From: a virus
Lineage: Duplodnaviria > Caudoviricetes
Reading direction: 5' to 3' (one strand)
IMG/VR virus record: IMGVR_UViG_2974506496_000001
Span: 128,001 to 192,000 of that record
DNA: 64,000 nt
Positions 40,217 through 49,640 of the stretch are shown piece after piece (position 1 is the stretch's first letter; every line of letters begins with the position of its first letter). Both the position numbers and the translations under genes were made by a program. The notes under the pieces were generated by a model. It did no database searches. It had not been told where the DNA came from and was given only the letters and a program-made list of their open reading frames with translations.

Positions 40217-40293
40217 TTAGGTATTGGCTTAGGCAAACTCCGTCGCGGCTTTACCCTCAATAGGCTGCGTTGCGTAAGTCAGTACCGTGCTGT

Positions 40294-40449
40294 GCGTCGT
40301 ACTCCCTGATGAGGCGCCCGACGTTAAAAGGCACGAAACGGGGACAGAGGATACTCCATCGGTGATTGCAATCAACCACGCTGGGGTTTATACAGGCACT
40401 TGAGAGACACGCTGGTTTCTCGTTGCCTGTCCCTTTGTCCCGTCGGAGT
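40294..40449 (+). ncRNA. Type I hammerhead ribozyme; predicted cleavage 3' of C40444
   Basis: Stem I actcc/ggagt, core CUGAUGA (40306-40312), stem II, GAAA (40335-40338), stem III acggggacagagg/cctttgtcccgt, GUC triplet; loop II cgacgt pairs with 5' gcgtcg. Confidence 0.85.
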
Positions 40450-40853
40450 CCCTTGCGTTCCTGGAGGGATGACACCGCGTTAAGACTGATCCCCTTAACG
40501 AAGTTGCAATAGCCGGGGGTGTTTCTTGCAAAGGTTACTCACAGCAGACTGCCTCCGCCAATTGCGGATGGCTTAGGCCCTCAGTCCGTCAGGAAGTTGT
40601 CGTTGAATAAATGACAGCTGGACTAGGGTTGCATTATAACCCGGCAAATGTGCAGCCTGTTTTTTCTTCATGTGTACCTGAACCGGTTCAGGAGCCTACA
40701 GATGAGGGAACGACGGGAAGCATATTGCTACCGATCATTTGCTGTGTGACCGGGCCAAGGATGGCATATACCGGAACCAGTAGTCGTATTCAGCGCAGGT
40801 GCGCTTTCTCTTCCTTATCTTGTGGTTAAACCGCGCCTGTCTGGATCATACGT

Positions 40854-40881
40854 GCCGGGGTCACACCTGGCGCTTATGCCG
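40854..40881 (+). terminator. Hairpin plus TTATGCCG closing the RNA island
   Basis: gccggg-gtcaca-cctggc then gcttatgccg. Confidence 0.55.
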
Positions 40882-40956
40882 TCTGAGTTGTATCCTTTTT
40901 TACTCCTACATTACGAAGCTGATATACCCATCAATTCAATTTAAAGGAGTTTAGTT

Positions 40957-41379
40957 ATGAAGAACGTTACTATTGCTATTGGTCGTAATCCGCTGTCCAA
41001 CCAGAAATGGATTCTGGATCAGATCGTGAGTCTGGTGAAGTCCGGCAAGTCCGACATCTTCATCGTCAATACTGACTCACGGGTTTCCACTGCGGTACTC
41101 AACGCCTTGAAAGAGTATACGAAGGATGATGCGGAATACACTCGCTTGGTTGCTGAGAACGGTGTCATGTTCCACACAACCGAGACCGAAGACCTGCAAA
41201 CGCTGGATGATGCTAAGATGAACAGCCGCTCGGCGATTCTGGCCAACATGCTGTTCAGCCTGCCATTGGTCAAACAGTGTCGTGATCTGGCGCGTCACCA
41301 CGTCCCGGTCTTTGTGAGTGCCACACCTGCCATGTCTGGTAAGGTGCCGGCTGCCGCCCATACCAAGTTCCTCGATTAA
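40957..41379 (+). CDS. Hypothetical protein
   Basis: AAGGAG RBS; TACATTAC promoter-like site at 40907-40914. Confidence 0.7.
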   Translation: MKNVTIAIGRNPLSNQKWILDQIVSLVKSGKSDIFIVNTDSRVSTAVLNALKEYTKDDAEYTRLVAENGVMFHTTETEDLQTLDDAKMNSRSAILANMLFSLPLVKQCRDLARHHVPVFVSATPAMSGKVPAAAHTKFLD

Positions 41380-41388
41380 GGATAGCCC

Positions 41389-41850
41389 ATGGTAAATCAC
41401 CTGTGGGGTCAGTTGTCGGAGCGTGCCATCCGCGCTGCTGCTACTGACCTACGGTTGAAGCCTGTAGAGAGCCTGCCCATGTGTTGGGCAGAGCTCCTCT
41501 CCATCGGGATCACCAAACCCCTTGGACGCTTTGACGTTCTTACCCATATCGGTCGCCGTCCTGAGCTTCACTACTTAACCGTGTTAGCCGAGGAAGGTGT
41601 CCGTTTCATCGATGTGTTAGCGGAAGATACTGATGCCCGTCACGCACATCGCGCTCGAGCAAACGCAGTCTGCTATTATGACAAAGATCAGAAGCCGCAA
41701 CTGTGTTGGTTATACCTCTCCCGTGGCGAGTTAACGGAGGGGAATTTTAGTCGTGCTGTGCGTGAAGGTATTCATCGTGTCGCTGGGAAGTTCCCGGAGG
41801 ACACCAACACTCACTTCTGTGATCTATCGGGATTGACCCATGCTAAGTAA
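41389..41850 (+). CDS. Hypothetical protein
   Basis: TAAGGA RBS, in operon. Confidence 0.65.
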   Translation: MVNHLWGQLSERAIRAAATDLRLKPVESLPMCWAELLSIGITKPLGRFDVLTHIGRRPELHYLTVLAEEGVRFIDVLAEDTDARHAHRARANAVCYYDKDQKPQLCWLYLSRGELTEGNFSRAVREGIHRVAGKFPEDTNTHFCDLSGLTHAK

Positions 41851-41982
41851 AAAGATTATGACTGAACTGCGTCGTCGGATTAATAAAGGCAATAAGCCTC
41901 AGCAGTCAGGTCGTTTGACCCATGTTCTTGTAGACAGCAAGTCTACAGGCTTTAAACCACAATAACGTTTCTCGGTGTCCTC

Positions 41983-42528
41983 ATGACTCAAACACAAAGT
42001 TATTCCGTTAATGCCTTTGACGAAATCGTCATCACCGCTACCCGTCACGCGTCCAACCATATCCACTACCAATTCGCAACCCCTGGGGAAAAATCGGTAG
42101 TGGTCCATGCGTTTGACTCAACCACGGAGCTGACCACCCAGGAGGCTTTTAAACGGGCTTATGCCGAACTGGCACACTGGGTAGGGGTTAAGGCCGGTTA
42201 TGATCATCTGCAGCGTAACGATGCCATTCCGTTGCTGATTTCGGTGGCCCGTGATCTGTTTGTTGAGAACATCTTCAAAGACATGAAAGATCTCAGCGGT
42301 GAGTTCTTGCACAATGGCGTGTCTGTCAACTGGAAACGCACGTTGATGATGGATGTGTTACTGACCAGTTTTGAAACCCAGGTAAGTGACCATATCAGCG
42401 AAGATGGTTTGGGTGTTCGGACGTATTCCAAGATCGAGCTGCGCACCCACTCGAAAGAAGACAACCTGTCACCAAACCTGCAGTACGCGGAATACGCGGG
42501 GGTATTTGATCGTGGTCCAACTCTCTAA
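41983..42528 (+). CDS. Hypothetical protein
   Basis: 181-aa ORF. Confidence 0.65.
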   Translation: MTQTQSYSVNAFDEIVITATRHASNHIHYQFATPGEKSVVVHAFDSTTELTTQEAFKRAYAELAHWVGVKAGYDHLQRNDAIPLLISVARDLFVENIFKDMKDLSGEFLHNGVSVNWKRTLMMDVLLTSFETQVSDHISEDGLGVRTYSKIELRTHSKEDNLSPNLQYAEYAGVFDRGPTL

Positions 42529-43084
42529 CTTCGCCCATCCTGTTAACGCGGTTAATACACAGCAACAGTTCGAGCTGTTTACGATCACTACCCTGCAGTT
42601 GCATGGCGGGAGTGTTTTCCATCGGGTGACATTGCCTTTGGATGGACGCCCTACCGAGATCGCATTGTTTGCCCAACCCACGAAGATGTCACATGTCGAT
42701 GTGTTGCGCACGGTGCACGATCTGGTGTTTCTGTGGATTCCGCCGGTGACTGATCCGCGGGGGTTAATCATGGGTCATCGTGATTATATCCTCAATCTCT
42801 GTAAAGAGACCTTGCGGGTTGTTGCAGGCGTGGGTAGCTGGCCAGTTCCAGCGTTTAATAAACAGGACGTCACGGATAACGGCGTGCTTCATTTGTTGCG
42901 CTACTATGATCCGATAATGGACCGTATCATCACTCAGGTGGTTGGTACACCGCCAATGGATCTGGATGATCGGGATATGCGCCAGGATAAGCAAGGGGCA
43001 GGGCTTGTCGCCTTCTCACCCTCTTGGCTTGACCCAGGGCCTTTCACGGCACAGGATCACAACTACGGCGTTGCGGATGCATAA
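42386..43084 (+). CDS. Hypothetical protein (true start probably near 42500)
   Basis: Open frame ending at a bidirectional terminator; the 5' part overlaps the previous gene. Confidence 0.5.
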   Translation: MTISAKMVWVFGRIPRSSCAPTRKKTTCHQTCSTRNTRGYLIVVQLSNFAHPVNAVNTQQQFELFTITTLQLHGGSVFHRVTLPLDGRPTEIALFAQPTKMSHVDVLRTVHDLVFLWIPPVTDPRGLIMGHRDYILNLCKETLRVVAGVGSWPVPAFNKQDVTDNGVLHLLRYYDPIMDRIITQVVGTPPMDLDDRDMRQDKQGAGLVAFSPSWLDPGPFTAQDHNYGVADA

Positions 43085-43086
43085 AA

Positions 43087-43140
43087 CGGCATAAGAGGAG
43101 GAGCAAATGCTCCTCCTCTGTTTATGCTGCTTTTTTTTGT
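43087..43140. terminator. Bidirectional terminator with TTATGCYG on both strands
   Basis: cggcata, agaggaggagc-aaat-gctcctcctct, gtttatgctgc plus T-run. Confidence 0.8.
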
Positions 43141-43991
43141 TATCGTTTGGGGACACTCATCCGAATCGAGCGGTGCTTACGGAGTTTGTCTGACCACGCT
43201 GCTGTCTTCTTCCATCGGGTTTCCAGGAAGTCGGTGTAGTTGTCCACCGCATCAGCATAGCTTTCAATGGTGTCTTTAAACGCCCCGAGTTCCACACCAC
43301 CCACTAACGCCCCTTGGTCAACAGGAATACGCAGACGTTGATAGATGTAGGCTTTCACCGCATAGTTCACCAACTGTGAGAACCGAGTGTAAGCCCGCAC
43401 CGGGATGTTAGTCATCTCTGAGTCGTTTGAGACAATACAACGCAGGGTCAGCATGTTCGTGATCATTTGGGTTTCATAGATCGCTACCATGTTCTGACCA
43501 ATCAACGCTACGTTGGTCATCTGAATCTCAGGGGCTGGGGAGTAAGACTGCAACATCTGCTGCATGCCCTGGGTGATTGCCCCGTTACTGCACCCCATGT
43601 TCATTCCACCGGTATACCCGCCAATCCCTGCTCCACCGGGTACGCCAAATAACGCATCGGGGTAACCGTACATCAAGGAGAGAATCGAGGTGATCACTCG
43701 CCCGCCGGTTAACGACTTCGGTACCCGAAAGACCGTGGTGAAGTTATCGGGTTGAACGTACTCCACATCCCGTAAGGGTATGATGACTTCTACCCCACCC
43801 ACGACGTCACAATCACGACGCACTTTGGCATCGATCACTTTCGTACGGATGGCTTCATTAAGTGAAGTGTTGAGAACCTGACGAACGCCAGTGTGGTAGT
43901 AAGCAACATCATTGGTCATGAACGCTGCTCTTAACAAACTGGGATCAAAGTTCCACATCACGTCATTAATGGCATGATCTATCGCGCTCAT
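43140..43991 (-). CDS. Conserved phiKZ-like protein divergent from phuZ (putative virion protein)
   Basis: 283-aa ORF; function inferred from synteny only. Confidence 0.55.
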   Translation of the reverse strand: MSAIDHAINDVMWNFDPSLLRAAFMTNDVAYYHTGVRQVLNTSLNEAIRTKVIDAKVRRDCDVVGGVEVIIPLRDVEYVQPDNFTTVFRVPKSLTGGRVITSILSLMYGYPDALFGVPGGAGIGGYTGGMNMGCSNGAITQGMQQMLQSYSPAPEIQMTNVALIGQNMVAIYETQMITNMLTLRCIVSNDSEMTNIPVRAYTRFSQLVNYAVKAYIYQRLRIPVDQGALVGGVELGAFKDTIESYADAVDNYTDFLETRWKKTAAWSDKLRKHRSIRMSVPKR

Positions 43992-44079
43992 AATCGCACC
44001 TTTGTTACATTCTACATGGATGTATGTATATATGTTGAAAAACTGATCTCATAGAATTTAACCAACGGAGCAATATCAC

Positions 44080-45054
44080 ATGTCAAAACGTTTAACCCGC
44101 ATCTACGCTTGTGGCGGTGCTGCCATCAACATCACCGCGGCGCAGAAGGACCAGCACGATCAACTGGGCTTCTCTGACCTCAGCGTATCACGTATCGATA
44201 CTTCGGATAAGAACATCAAACCAGGCATGTCACCGAACAGCGTCTACATCCTGGAAAACGCAGACGGTTCTGGTAAAGAGCGTAAACACAACTACAAAGC
44301 GATCGTGGCCTCACTCGAACAGATCCTGGCGATGCACAAACCGGGCGATTACAACATCGTCATGATGTCAGCCTCAGGCGGTTCTGGTTCGGTCATCGGT
44401 CCGGTAATCATTGGCGAGCTGCTGAAGCGTAAGATCCCAGTGGTTGCGCTGGTTGTGGGTACCATCGGTTCTGAAACTGAAACGCAGAACTCCATCAATA
44501 CCCTGAAGTCCCTGGCCGGTGTCTCTGAAGCTCAGAAAGCCCCACTGGTGATGTCATACTTCCCGGTGAACCAGCACTTCGATCAGCGTGAAGTGGACAA
44601 GCAAGTCCTGACCACCATGACGCTGTTGCTCAACCTGTTCGACTCGAAGAACATCGAAATCGATTACAAAGATATCGTGAACTTCCTGAACTACACCAAC
44701 ATCCGCAACACCCGCCCTGGCCTGGTTGGCCTCGAAACGTACAACGACGACGAACTGCAGACCATCGCCGGTACCTCGCCGTTGTCCATGGCGTCAGTGT
44801 TCAAAGATGATAACCGTCCGTTCCTGCCGGTTACCCCGGACTACCATGCCACCGGTACCCGTGACCAGGACATGAAAGATGAGCGTATGCAGTTCAATGC
44901 GCACTATGTCATTACCTCAGCGCCGGTTAAAATGGCGTTCGAAGATCTGAACAAACGTATGAAGCAGATCACTGATCAGCAGCATACTCGCGGCCAGAAC
45001 TTCAACCTGCTGGGTGATGGCGACCAGGGTGACGATAACGGGATGTTCCTGTAA
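44080..45054 (+). CDS. phuZ: PhuZ phage tubulin
   Basis: YACGGAAINI, IDTS, DGSGKER, tubulin signature SGGSGS, short acidic tail DDNGMFL. Confidence 0.93.
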   Translation: MSKRLTRIYACGGAAINITAAQKDQHDQLGFSDLSVSRIDTSDKNIKPGMSPNSVYILENADGSGKERKHNYKAIVASLEQILAMHKPGDYNIVMMSASGGSGSVIGPVIIGELLKRKIPVVALVVGTIGSETETQNSINTLKSLAGVSEAQKAPLVMSYFPVNQHFDQREVDKQVLTTMTLLLNLFDSKNIEIDYKDIVNFLNYTNIRNTRPGLVGLETYNDDELQTIAGTSPLSMASVFKDDNRPFLPVTPDYHATGTRDQDMKDERMQFNAHYVITSAPVKMAFEDLNKRMKQITDQQHTRGQNFNLLGDGDQGDDNGMFL

Positions 45055-45201
45055 TCCACTGAGCCTCTCTATTATATGTAACCGCTGCTGCAACACTCCT
45101 CTGTCTGGGTTTTCTGTATTCCTTTTACCAGAGATGAGTGAAGCGTTACATTTCTTCCGTGACCATGGCTGCTAGCGGGAGAGGCTGTTTAAAGAGCGAA
45201 T

Positions 45202-45234
45202 CCCCTCCACCGTTTTGGTGGAGGGGTTATGCCG
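45202..45234 (+). terminator. Hairpin plus TTATGCCG, no U-tract
   Basis: cccctccacc-gtttt-ggtggagggg-ttatgccg. Confidence 0.7.
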
Positions 45235-45356
45235 TCAAAAATAATTCAAACCTACATTATAATCACGAGCAGTACCAATTACTTTCGTACATTAACGTAC
45301 TATTATTTAGGGCATAGCCCTTTTATAGTTGGATGTATGACTAGGAGCTTAACACC

Positions 45357-46646
45357 GTGAACTACAGCACAGACAATTTTATTATCGACGTTGGTCAGTA
45401 TATTCCAACCATCATGTTTCGCGCACCGTACCTGAACGGTAAGCCATTAACCCACGAACAAACGTATTGTATTTTCGCTGCCATCCACGATGAAATCTTT
45501 AATGAGACATTCCCGTGGGCCCACATTAACAACAGTTTAGAAACCGCCTTATCAACGGTGTATGCAGACTACCCTTTATTTACTCTTGGTGAACCACGCT
45601 ATTGGCGTTTTGGACATAACGGCTATGAGATCTATCGCCCAACCCAAAATGGCTTTAATTACATGGATGCTCCGCATGGACGTTTACCGCAGAACCCACC
45701 ACGTGGTTCGATCTTTAAGATTGCCGGCGGACGGGTCTATGCAGAGTGGTTAAGCGCGTTTGTCACGAACACCTTGTTTGGTATTCGTAACCGACTCCAC
45801 GACGAACTGCTCCGTTTCGTCGGTACGGCTGCGGATTACGAATGGCACTTTGAGTATGTGTCAAACGGAATTTTCTATACCAAAGTTTCTAAGAACCCAT
45901 TGGTCACTCAACCGGTGCATATCAAGCTCCAGGCAATGACTGAAGCTGAGCAGATACAACAGGCGATTTCAGATCTTCCAGATGTTCGTCAACCAACCGT
46001 AGGGAATGCGGTGGCGGTGAATCTGGATATTCGTGCACACAGCAGTCTCGAACGTATCCCTGAAGTTTGTGGTTATCTGCAACAGCTGATCATGCATGCG
46101 CAGCAACATCATGCACCGCTTGAAGTGAAGGTGATCTATCACAGCAAAACCTACTACGATAAAGTGGTCAGCTTTGCGCGTGGGTTTATTGAACAATATC
46201 AATTGCCAGTGAAGCTCGCCTTCAAAGAGCAATGGGTGGATTTGCAACAAGCTCACCCAATCTCCCTGGGCGCTGTATCGGTATCTTCTGACATCCCTAG
46301 CATTAAAGATATAGAGCGTGACCACGATCGTCTGCGTGAAATCCGTACCCAGCTGATTCGTAATAACGCCCTCAGTCCCTGGTTGACACAAGAACTGTTG
46401 GCAATTGCACCAGGCTTGTTTAGTAAGAAGATCTCCGATGAAGAGATGTTCACCGCCATGATGACAACGGACTGGGGAGTAAACAACAAAGGCCGGCGGG
46501 TAGATGCCACTCGACTGAACCCGATGGTGATTGGGGCAGTAATCTCCATTGATCGTCAGTTAGAAGGGGAAGCATTGCCACAGGTTACCCAGCCACAACA
46601 CCAACTTCACGTGTTACATGAGATCAACTGGAATAATGTGCGATGA
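45357..46646 (+). CDS. Hypothetical protein
   Basis: 429 aa, AGGAG RBS; TACATTAT promoter-like site at 45253-45260. Confidence 0.7.
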   Translation: MNYSTDNFIIDVGQYIPTIMFRAPYLNGKPLTHEQTYCIFAAIHDEIFNETFPWAHINNSLETALSTVYADYPLFTLGEPRYWRFGHNGYEIYRPTQNGFNYMDAPHGRLPQNPPRGSIFKIAGGRVYAEWLSAFVTNTLFGIRNRLHDELLRFVGTAADYEWHFEYVSNGIFYTKVSKNPLVTQPVHIKLQAMTEAEQIQQAISDLPDVRQPTVGNAVAVNLDIRAHSSLERIPEVCGYLQQLIMHAQQHHAPLEVKVIYHSKTYYDKVVSFARGFIEQYQLPVKLAFKEQWVDLQQAHPISLGAVSVSSDIPSIKDIERDHDRLREIRTQLIRNNALSPWLTQELLAIAPGLFSKKISDEEMFTAMMTTDWGVNNKGRRVDATRLNPMVIGAVISIDRQLEGEALPQVTQPQHQLHVLHEINWNNVR

Positions 46647-46999
46647 ATGCCAATGTGCTTCTGATCGATCTTAAACCGATAGTCTATCAGTGGTTCACAC
46701 CAGAACAAGCCAATGACAGTGACTTGCACATGGCAATAGATGATCTGGCCATCTGGGCAACCAGCACGGCGGTGGAACAGGAATGCGACACCGACCTGAT
46801 TGGCCCGACCTTCTTCCTGGTCAACTCAGGTTGGCAGCATGACCAATTGCAAGCCATGATCGATACAATGGCCAAAGTAGTAAGAACGATCTACCTGACC
46901 CAGTCCACTCCCGAATGGCGTAGCGCCGGGGTGAAACGTATTCAGGTAGATCAATTCTATCTGATGACCGTTAAGCTGGGGATTGATCCATATGTCTGA
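46643..46999 (+). CDS. Hypothetical protein
   Basis: ATGA overlap with the previous gene. Confidence 0.65.
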   Translation: MNANVLLIDLKPIVYQWFTPEQANDSDLHMAIDDLAIWATSTAVEQECDTDLIGPTFFLVNSGWQHDQLQAMIDTMAKVVRTIYLTQSTPEWRSAGVKRIQVDQFYLMTVKLGIDPYV

Positions 47000-47354
47000 A
47001 GTCCTGTCCCGAACCAAAGCCATCGTCCCGTGCGGTGAGCTGCTCGGGTCTTTGAAACGCTACCCTGGCGTGGGTGATGAAGCAGCCCATGCTTTTATCA
47101 CCGCCGGGGCGGTACATTTATTCCACGACCGTTATGTTGATCCCATCCTCAGTGTAGATGACCTGGCGTTAATTGGGGAGACCCGGGCCAGTGTCTTGAC
47201 CGGTTTAGCGTACGAGTGGTTGCATGATCAGTTCACGATCATTCACAACGACATCAAACGACACGTCAAGCACTTTGACGAGTTGCGTGCCGACGACTAC
47301 AGCTGGGAGGGGGATTGCATACATCTTGACTTGTCGCTTTACGATGAGGACTAA
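46992..47354 (+). CDS. Hypothetical protein
   Basis: Coupled ORF; ATG at 46992. Confidence 0.6.
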   Translation: MSEVLSRTKAIVPCGELLGSLKRYPGVGDEAAHAFITAGAVHLFHDRYVDPILSVDDLALIGETRASVLTGLAYEWLHDQFTIIHNDIKRHVKHFDELRADDYSWEGDCIHLDLSLYDED

Positions 47355-47357
47355 CCT

Positions 47358-47942
47358 ATGCAGCAGCAGGAACTTACAGTACACCCGTTTTCACCCGCTT
47401 TTATTCCCCAGCCTATACACACACCGTTTATAGTGGATACGCCAGACTTAATATCATGGCTGAAGGCGCCAGTCAAGGGAGATCCTAATGACCCTGACCG
47501 GATTGATACCACCAGTATCTATGTTCCACCGGAGGTTGAAATGAAACCCGTCGCTATCATCGATTTGTTCGGTTTATCCTGGACAAACCACGGCGGGCTA
47601 CTGACCATGTTCTCGCAGGTAAACCTGTTTGATCTGTTTGTCGAAGTGATCCACAAATCCCTGGGTCAGCCGTCTTACAACCTGTATCTGTTGAACGAAT
47701 GGATTGAGGCGATGATGGGCGTGGGGGATTACTTCGATCCTGAGACCAACCTCCCACAACCGTCAATGGAAGAAGTCATGGTGATGCAGGATGCATTGAT
47801 GCGGATGTTCTGTGACTTCGTGGTTAACAACCAGAGCTTTATCATGAAAGTGCTTCAGCCGCTGTTAGTGAATCAGGCTGTGGATACGATCAGTCTGCAG
47901 CAATTAAAAGCAGGTGGCAGTATTGTCGTTAATTTAGGGTGA
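47358..47942 (+). CDS. Hypothetical protein
   Basis: GAGGA RBS, in operon. Confidence 0.65.
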   Translation: MQQQELTVHPFSPAFIPQPIHTPFIVDTPDLISWLKAPVKGDPNDPDRIDTTSIYVPPEVEMKPVAIIDLFGLSWTNHGGLLTMFSQVNLFDLFVEVIHKSLGQPSYNLYLLNEWIEAMMGVGDYFDPETNLPQPSMEEVMVMQDALMRMFCDFVVNNQSFIMKVLQPLLVNQAVDTISLQQLKAGGSIVVNLG

Positions 47943-47950
47943 GGTAAGAA

Positions 47951-48334
47951 ATGAATACGCTTGTCGTATTAGACCTGAAACCCAGTTGGGTATATCTTCG
48001 GGCGTGTTATGACCGCAGTACGGCTAATACCCTGATGATTCCCTTCGACCGTTTTCTGGAGATTGTCTTAGAAGCGTACACGGCCGAGTTAAATAAGCCG
48101 GGGAGTTCGGATGTGATCTTGGAAGCCCTGGTTGACTTTGGCGAGCTCCAACCGATGATCGACCAATCGGATATGGTGAAGCGCGAGATCTGTATGGCAT
48201 CCAATGTCATCGACGAGCAGCTGACCTATGCGATGGCTGGCTATTTTGGCGTGGAGTATTTAGGCGGGGTATCACAGATGCGGATTACCCCACATCGAAC
48301 CTTAGAAGTGTATTACGGTAAGGAGGTCACATGA
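47951..48334 (+). CDS. Hypothetical protein
   Basis: GAGGT RBS. Confidence 0.65.
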   Translation: MNTLVVLDLKPSWVYLRACYDRSTANTLMIPFDRFLEIVLEAYTAELNKPGSSDVILEALVDFGELQPMIDQSDMVKREICMASNVIDEQLTYAMAGYFGVEYLGGVSQMRITPHRTLEVYYGKEVT

Positions 48335-48759
48335 GCATTACCCGCGTGTCGTTGATCTTCAATATCATGCCGGATGCCGAAAAGCGAATGTATGAAGGTG
48401 TGCGAAAAACACTGACGGATGTGGGTGAGGTTGACCGCAACACCCTTGTCTATCTGGCACTGAATGAATTAACCCTGGGGCGTACCATCGCACACACCCC
48501 AACAATGTCTATGGAGGCGAAGATCCCCGTGATCTTTCCTCAGTACTCATACACCGCGCATGAAGCCATCAAGCAAGCCGTTATGGTTGTTGCCTCTGAA
48601 CTGTACAAGGAGTTCTTTACCATTCTGGAAGGCGCCCACATGAGTTACCCCGCCGTGCTGTCACAAGCCGGTATCAGTGGGTGTTCGGTGAGCACCATCT
48701 TTGACAGTCATGAGGAGCCACGGCCATGCAACTGGCAGTACTCGAGTTCACCCCAATAA
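48331..48759 (+). CDS. Hypothetical protein
   Basis: AAGGAGG RBS, ATGA overlap. Confidence 0.65.
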   Translation: MSITRVSLIFNIMPDAEKRMYEGVRKTLTDVGEVDRNTLVYLALNELTLGRTIAHTPTMSMEAKIPVIFPQYSYTAHEAIKQAVMVVASELYKEFFTILEGAHMSYPAVLSQAGISGCSVSTIFDSHEEPRPCNWQYSSSPQ

Positions 48760-49307
48760 TGCAGGACATCCAGACCACCTTGACTACGATGAGCAACATG
48801 GTTGTTAATCATGTGCAAATCACTCAAGCGGTCTGTGCTGGGTTTCCCGTGAAAGCCAGTTCAGCCAGTGAGCTGGATGTGTTGATCAGCAATACCCCAG
48901 GTTATCTCAGTCAACAGGATATCGAGAAGGTGCACCTGTGTGGTGAGCTGATCTTTGATTTCCTGGTTCAGCAACTGCAGCCCTATGCAGTACCTCGGTT
49001 GTTGCGTTACGGTTGTCCTGGCTTTTTCCAAACTCAAGGTTATGTCCTGATGTCGCAATATCACGACGACGCCTTCTTCAAAGAGTTTGTGAACATCCAG
49101 GCGAACATCACAACCCAGCAACTCCCAATCAGGAAACTGATGACATTGGAACAGGTGGTTGAAAGCAGTGAGATGCGGATAGCCGAGCTCAATGCAATGC
49201 AGCTTAGTGGGGATAACAGCGTTGAAGTACATCGGCAAATTGCCAGACATCAAAACTATCTCGATCGGTGCTCCGGTGAGATGGCGAAGATAAGAATAAA
49301 ACAATAA
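48726..49307 (+). CDS. Hypothetical protein with C-terminal coiled coil
   Basis: GAGGAG RBS. Confidence 0.65.
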   Translation: MQLAVLEFTPIMQDIQTTLTTMSNMVVNHVQITQAVCAGFPVKASSASELDVLISNTPGYLSQQDIEKVHLCGELIFDFLVQQLQPYAVPRLLRYGCPGFFQTQGYVLMSQYHDDAFFKEFVNIQANITTQQLPIRKLMTLEQVVESSEMRIAELNAMQLSGDNSVEVHRQIARHQNYLDRCSGEMAKIRIKQ

Positions 49308-49326
49308 CAGCAAAGAAGGTTTGCAC

Positions 49327-49629
49327 ATGGTTATCATCGACCGCAATCCAGAGTTTGAACATATCGTGGATGCCATCAAGCACCTGATAGACCCGGACGC
49401 GCCTGATGGTGCGTCTGTTAAAGGCATTAACGATGTCATCGTTGACCTTCTCCACCACTACCACATGCGGTCGAACATTGTTGATATGGACCCGGACATT
49501 GCAGCATTGCATGAGCCATTTTATGTGGCACTTAACAATCTCTTAATCCGGTATGGTTTTCAAGAAGACCAGATCATCAATTTCATCATCAGTGATAAGC
49601 ATGCAAACTTTGTGCTCATCACAACGTAA
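49327..49629 (+). CDS. Hypothetical protein
   Basis: ATG at 49327 after AAGG. Confidence 0.6.
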   Translation: MVIIDRNPEFEHIVDAIKHLIDPDAPDGASVKGINDVIVDLLHHYHMRSNIVDMDPDIAALHEPFYVALNNLLIRYGFQEDQIINFIISDKHANFVLITT

Positions 49630-49640
49630 CACTTGGGAGT

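Noticed and set aside
41840-41965. 41-aa basic ORF filling the gap between 41850 and 41983
   Set aside because: Plausible but too short and without a clear RBS to support.
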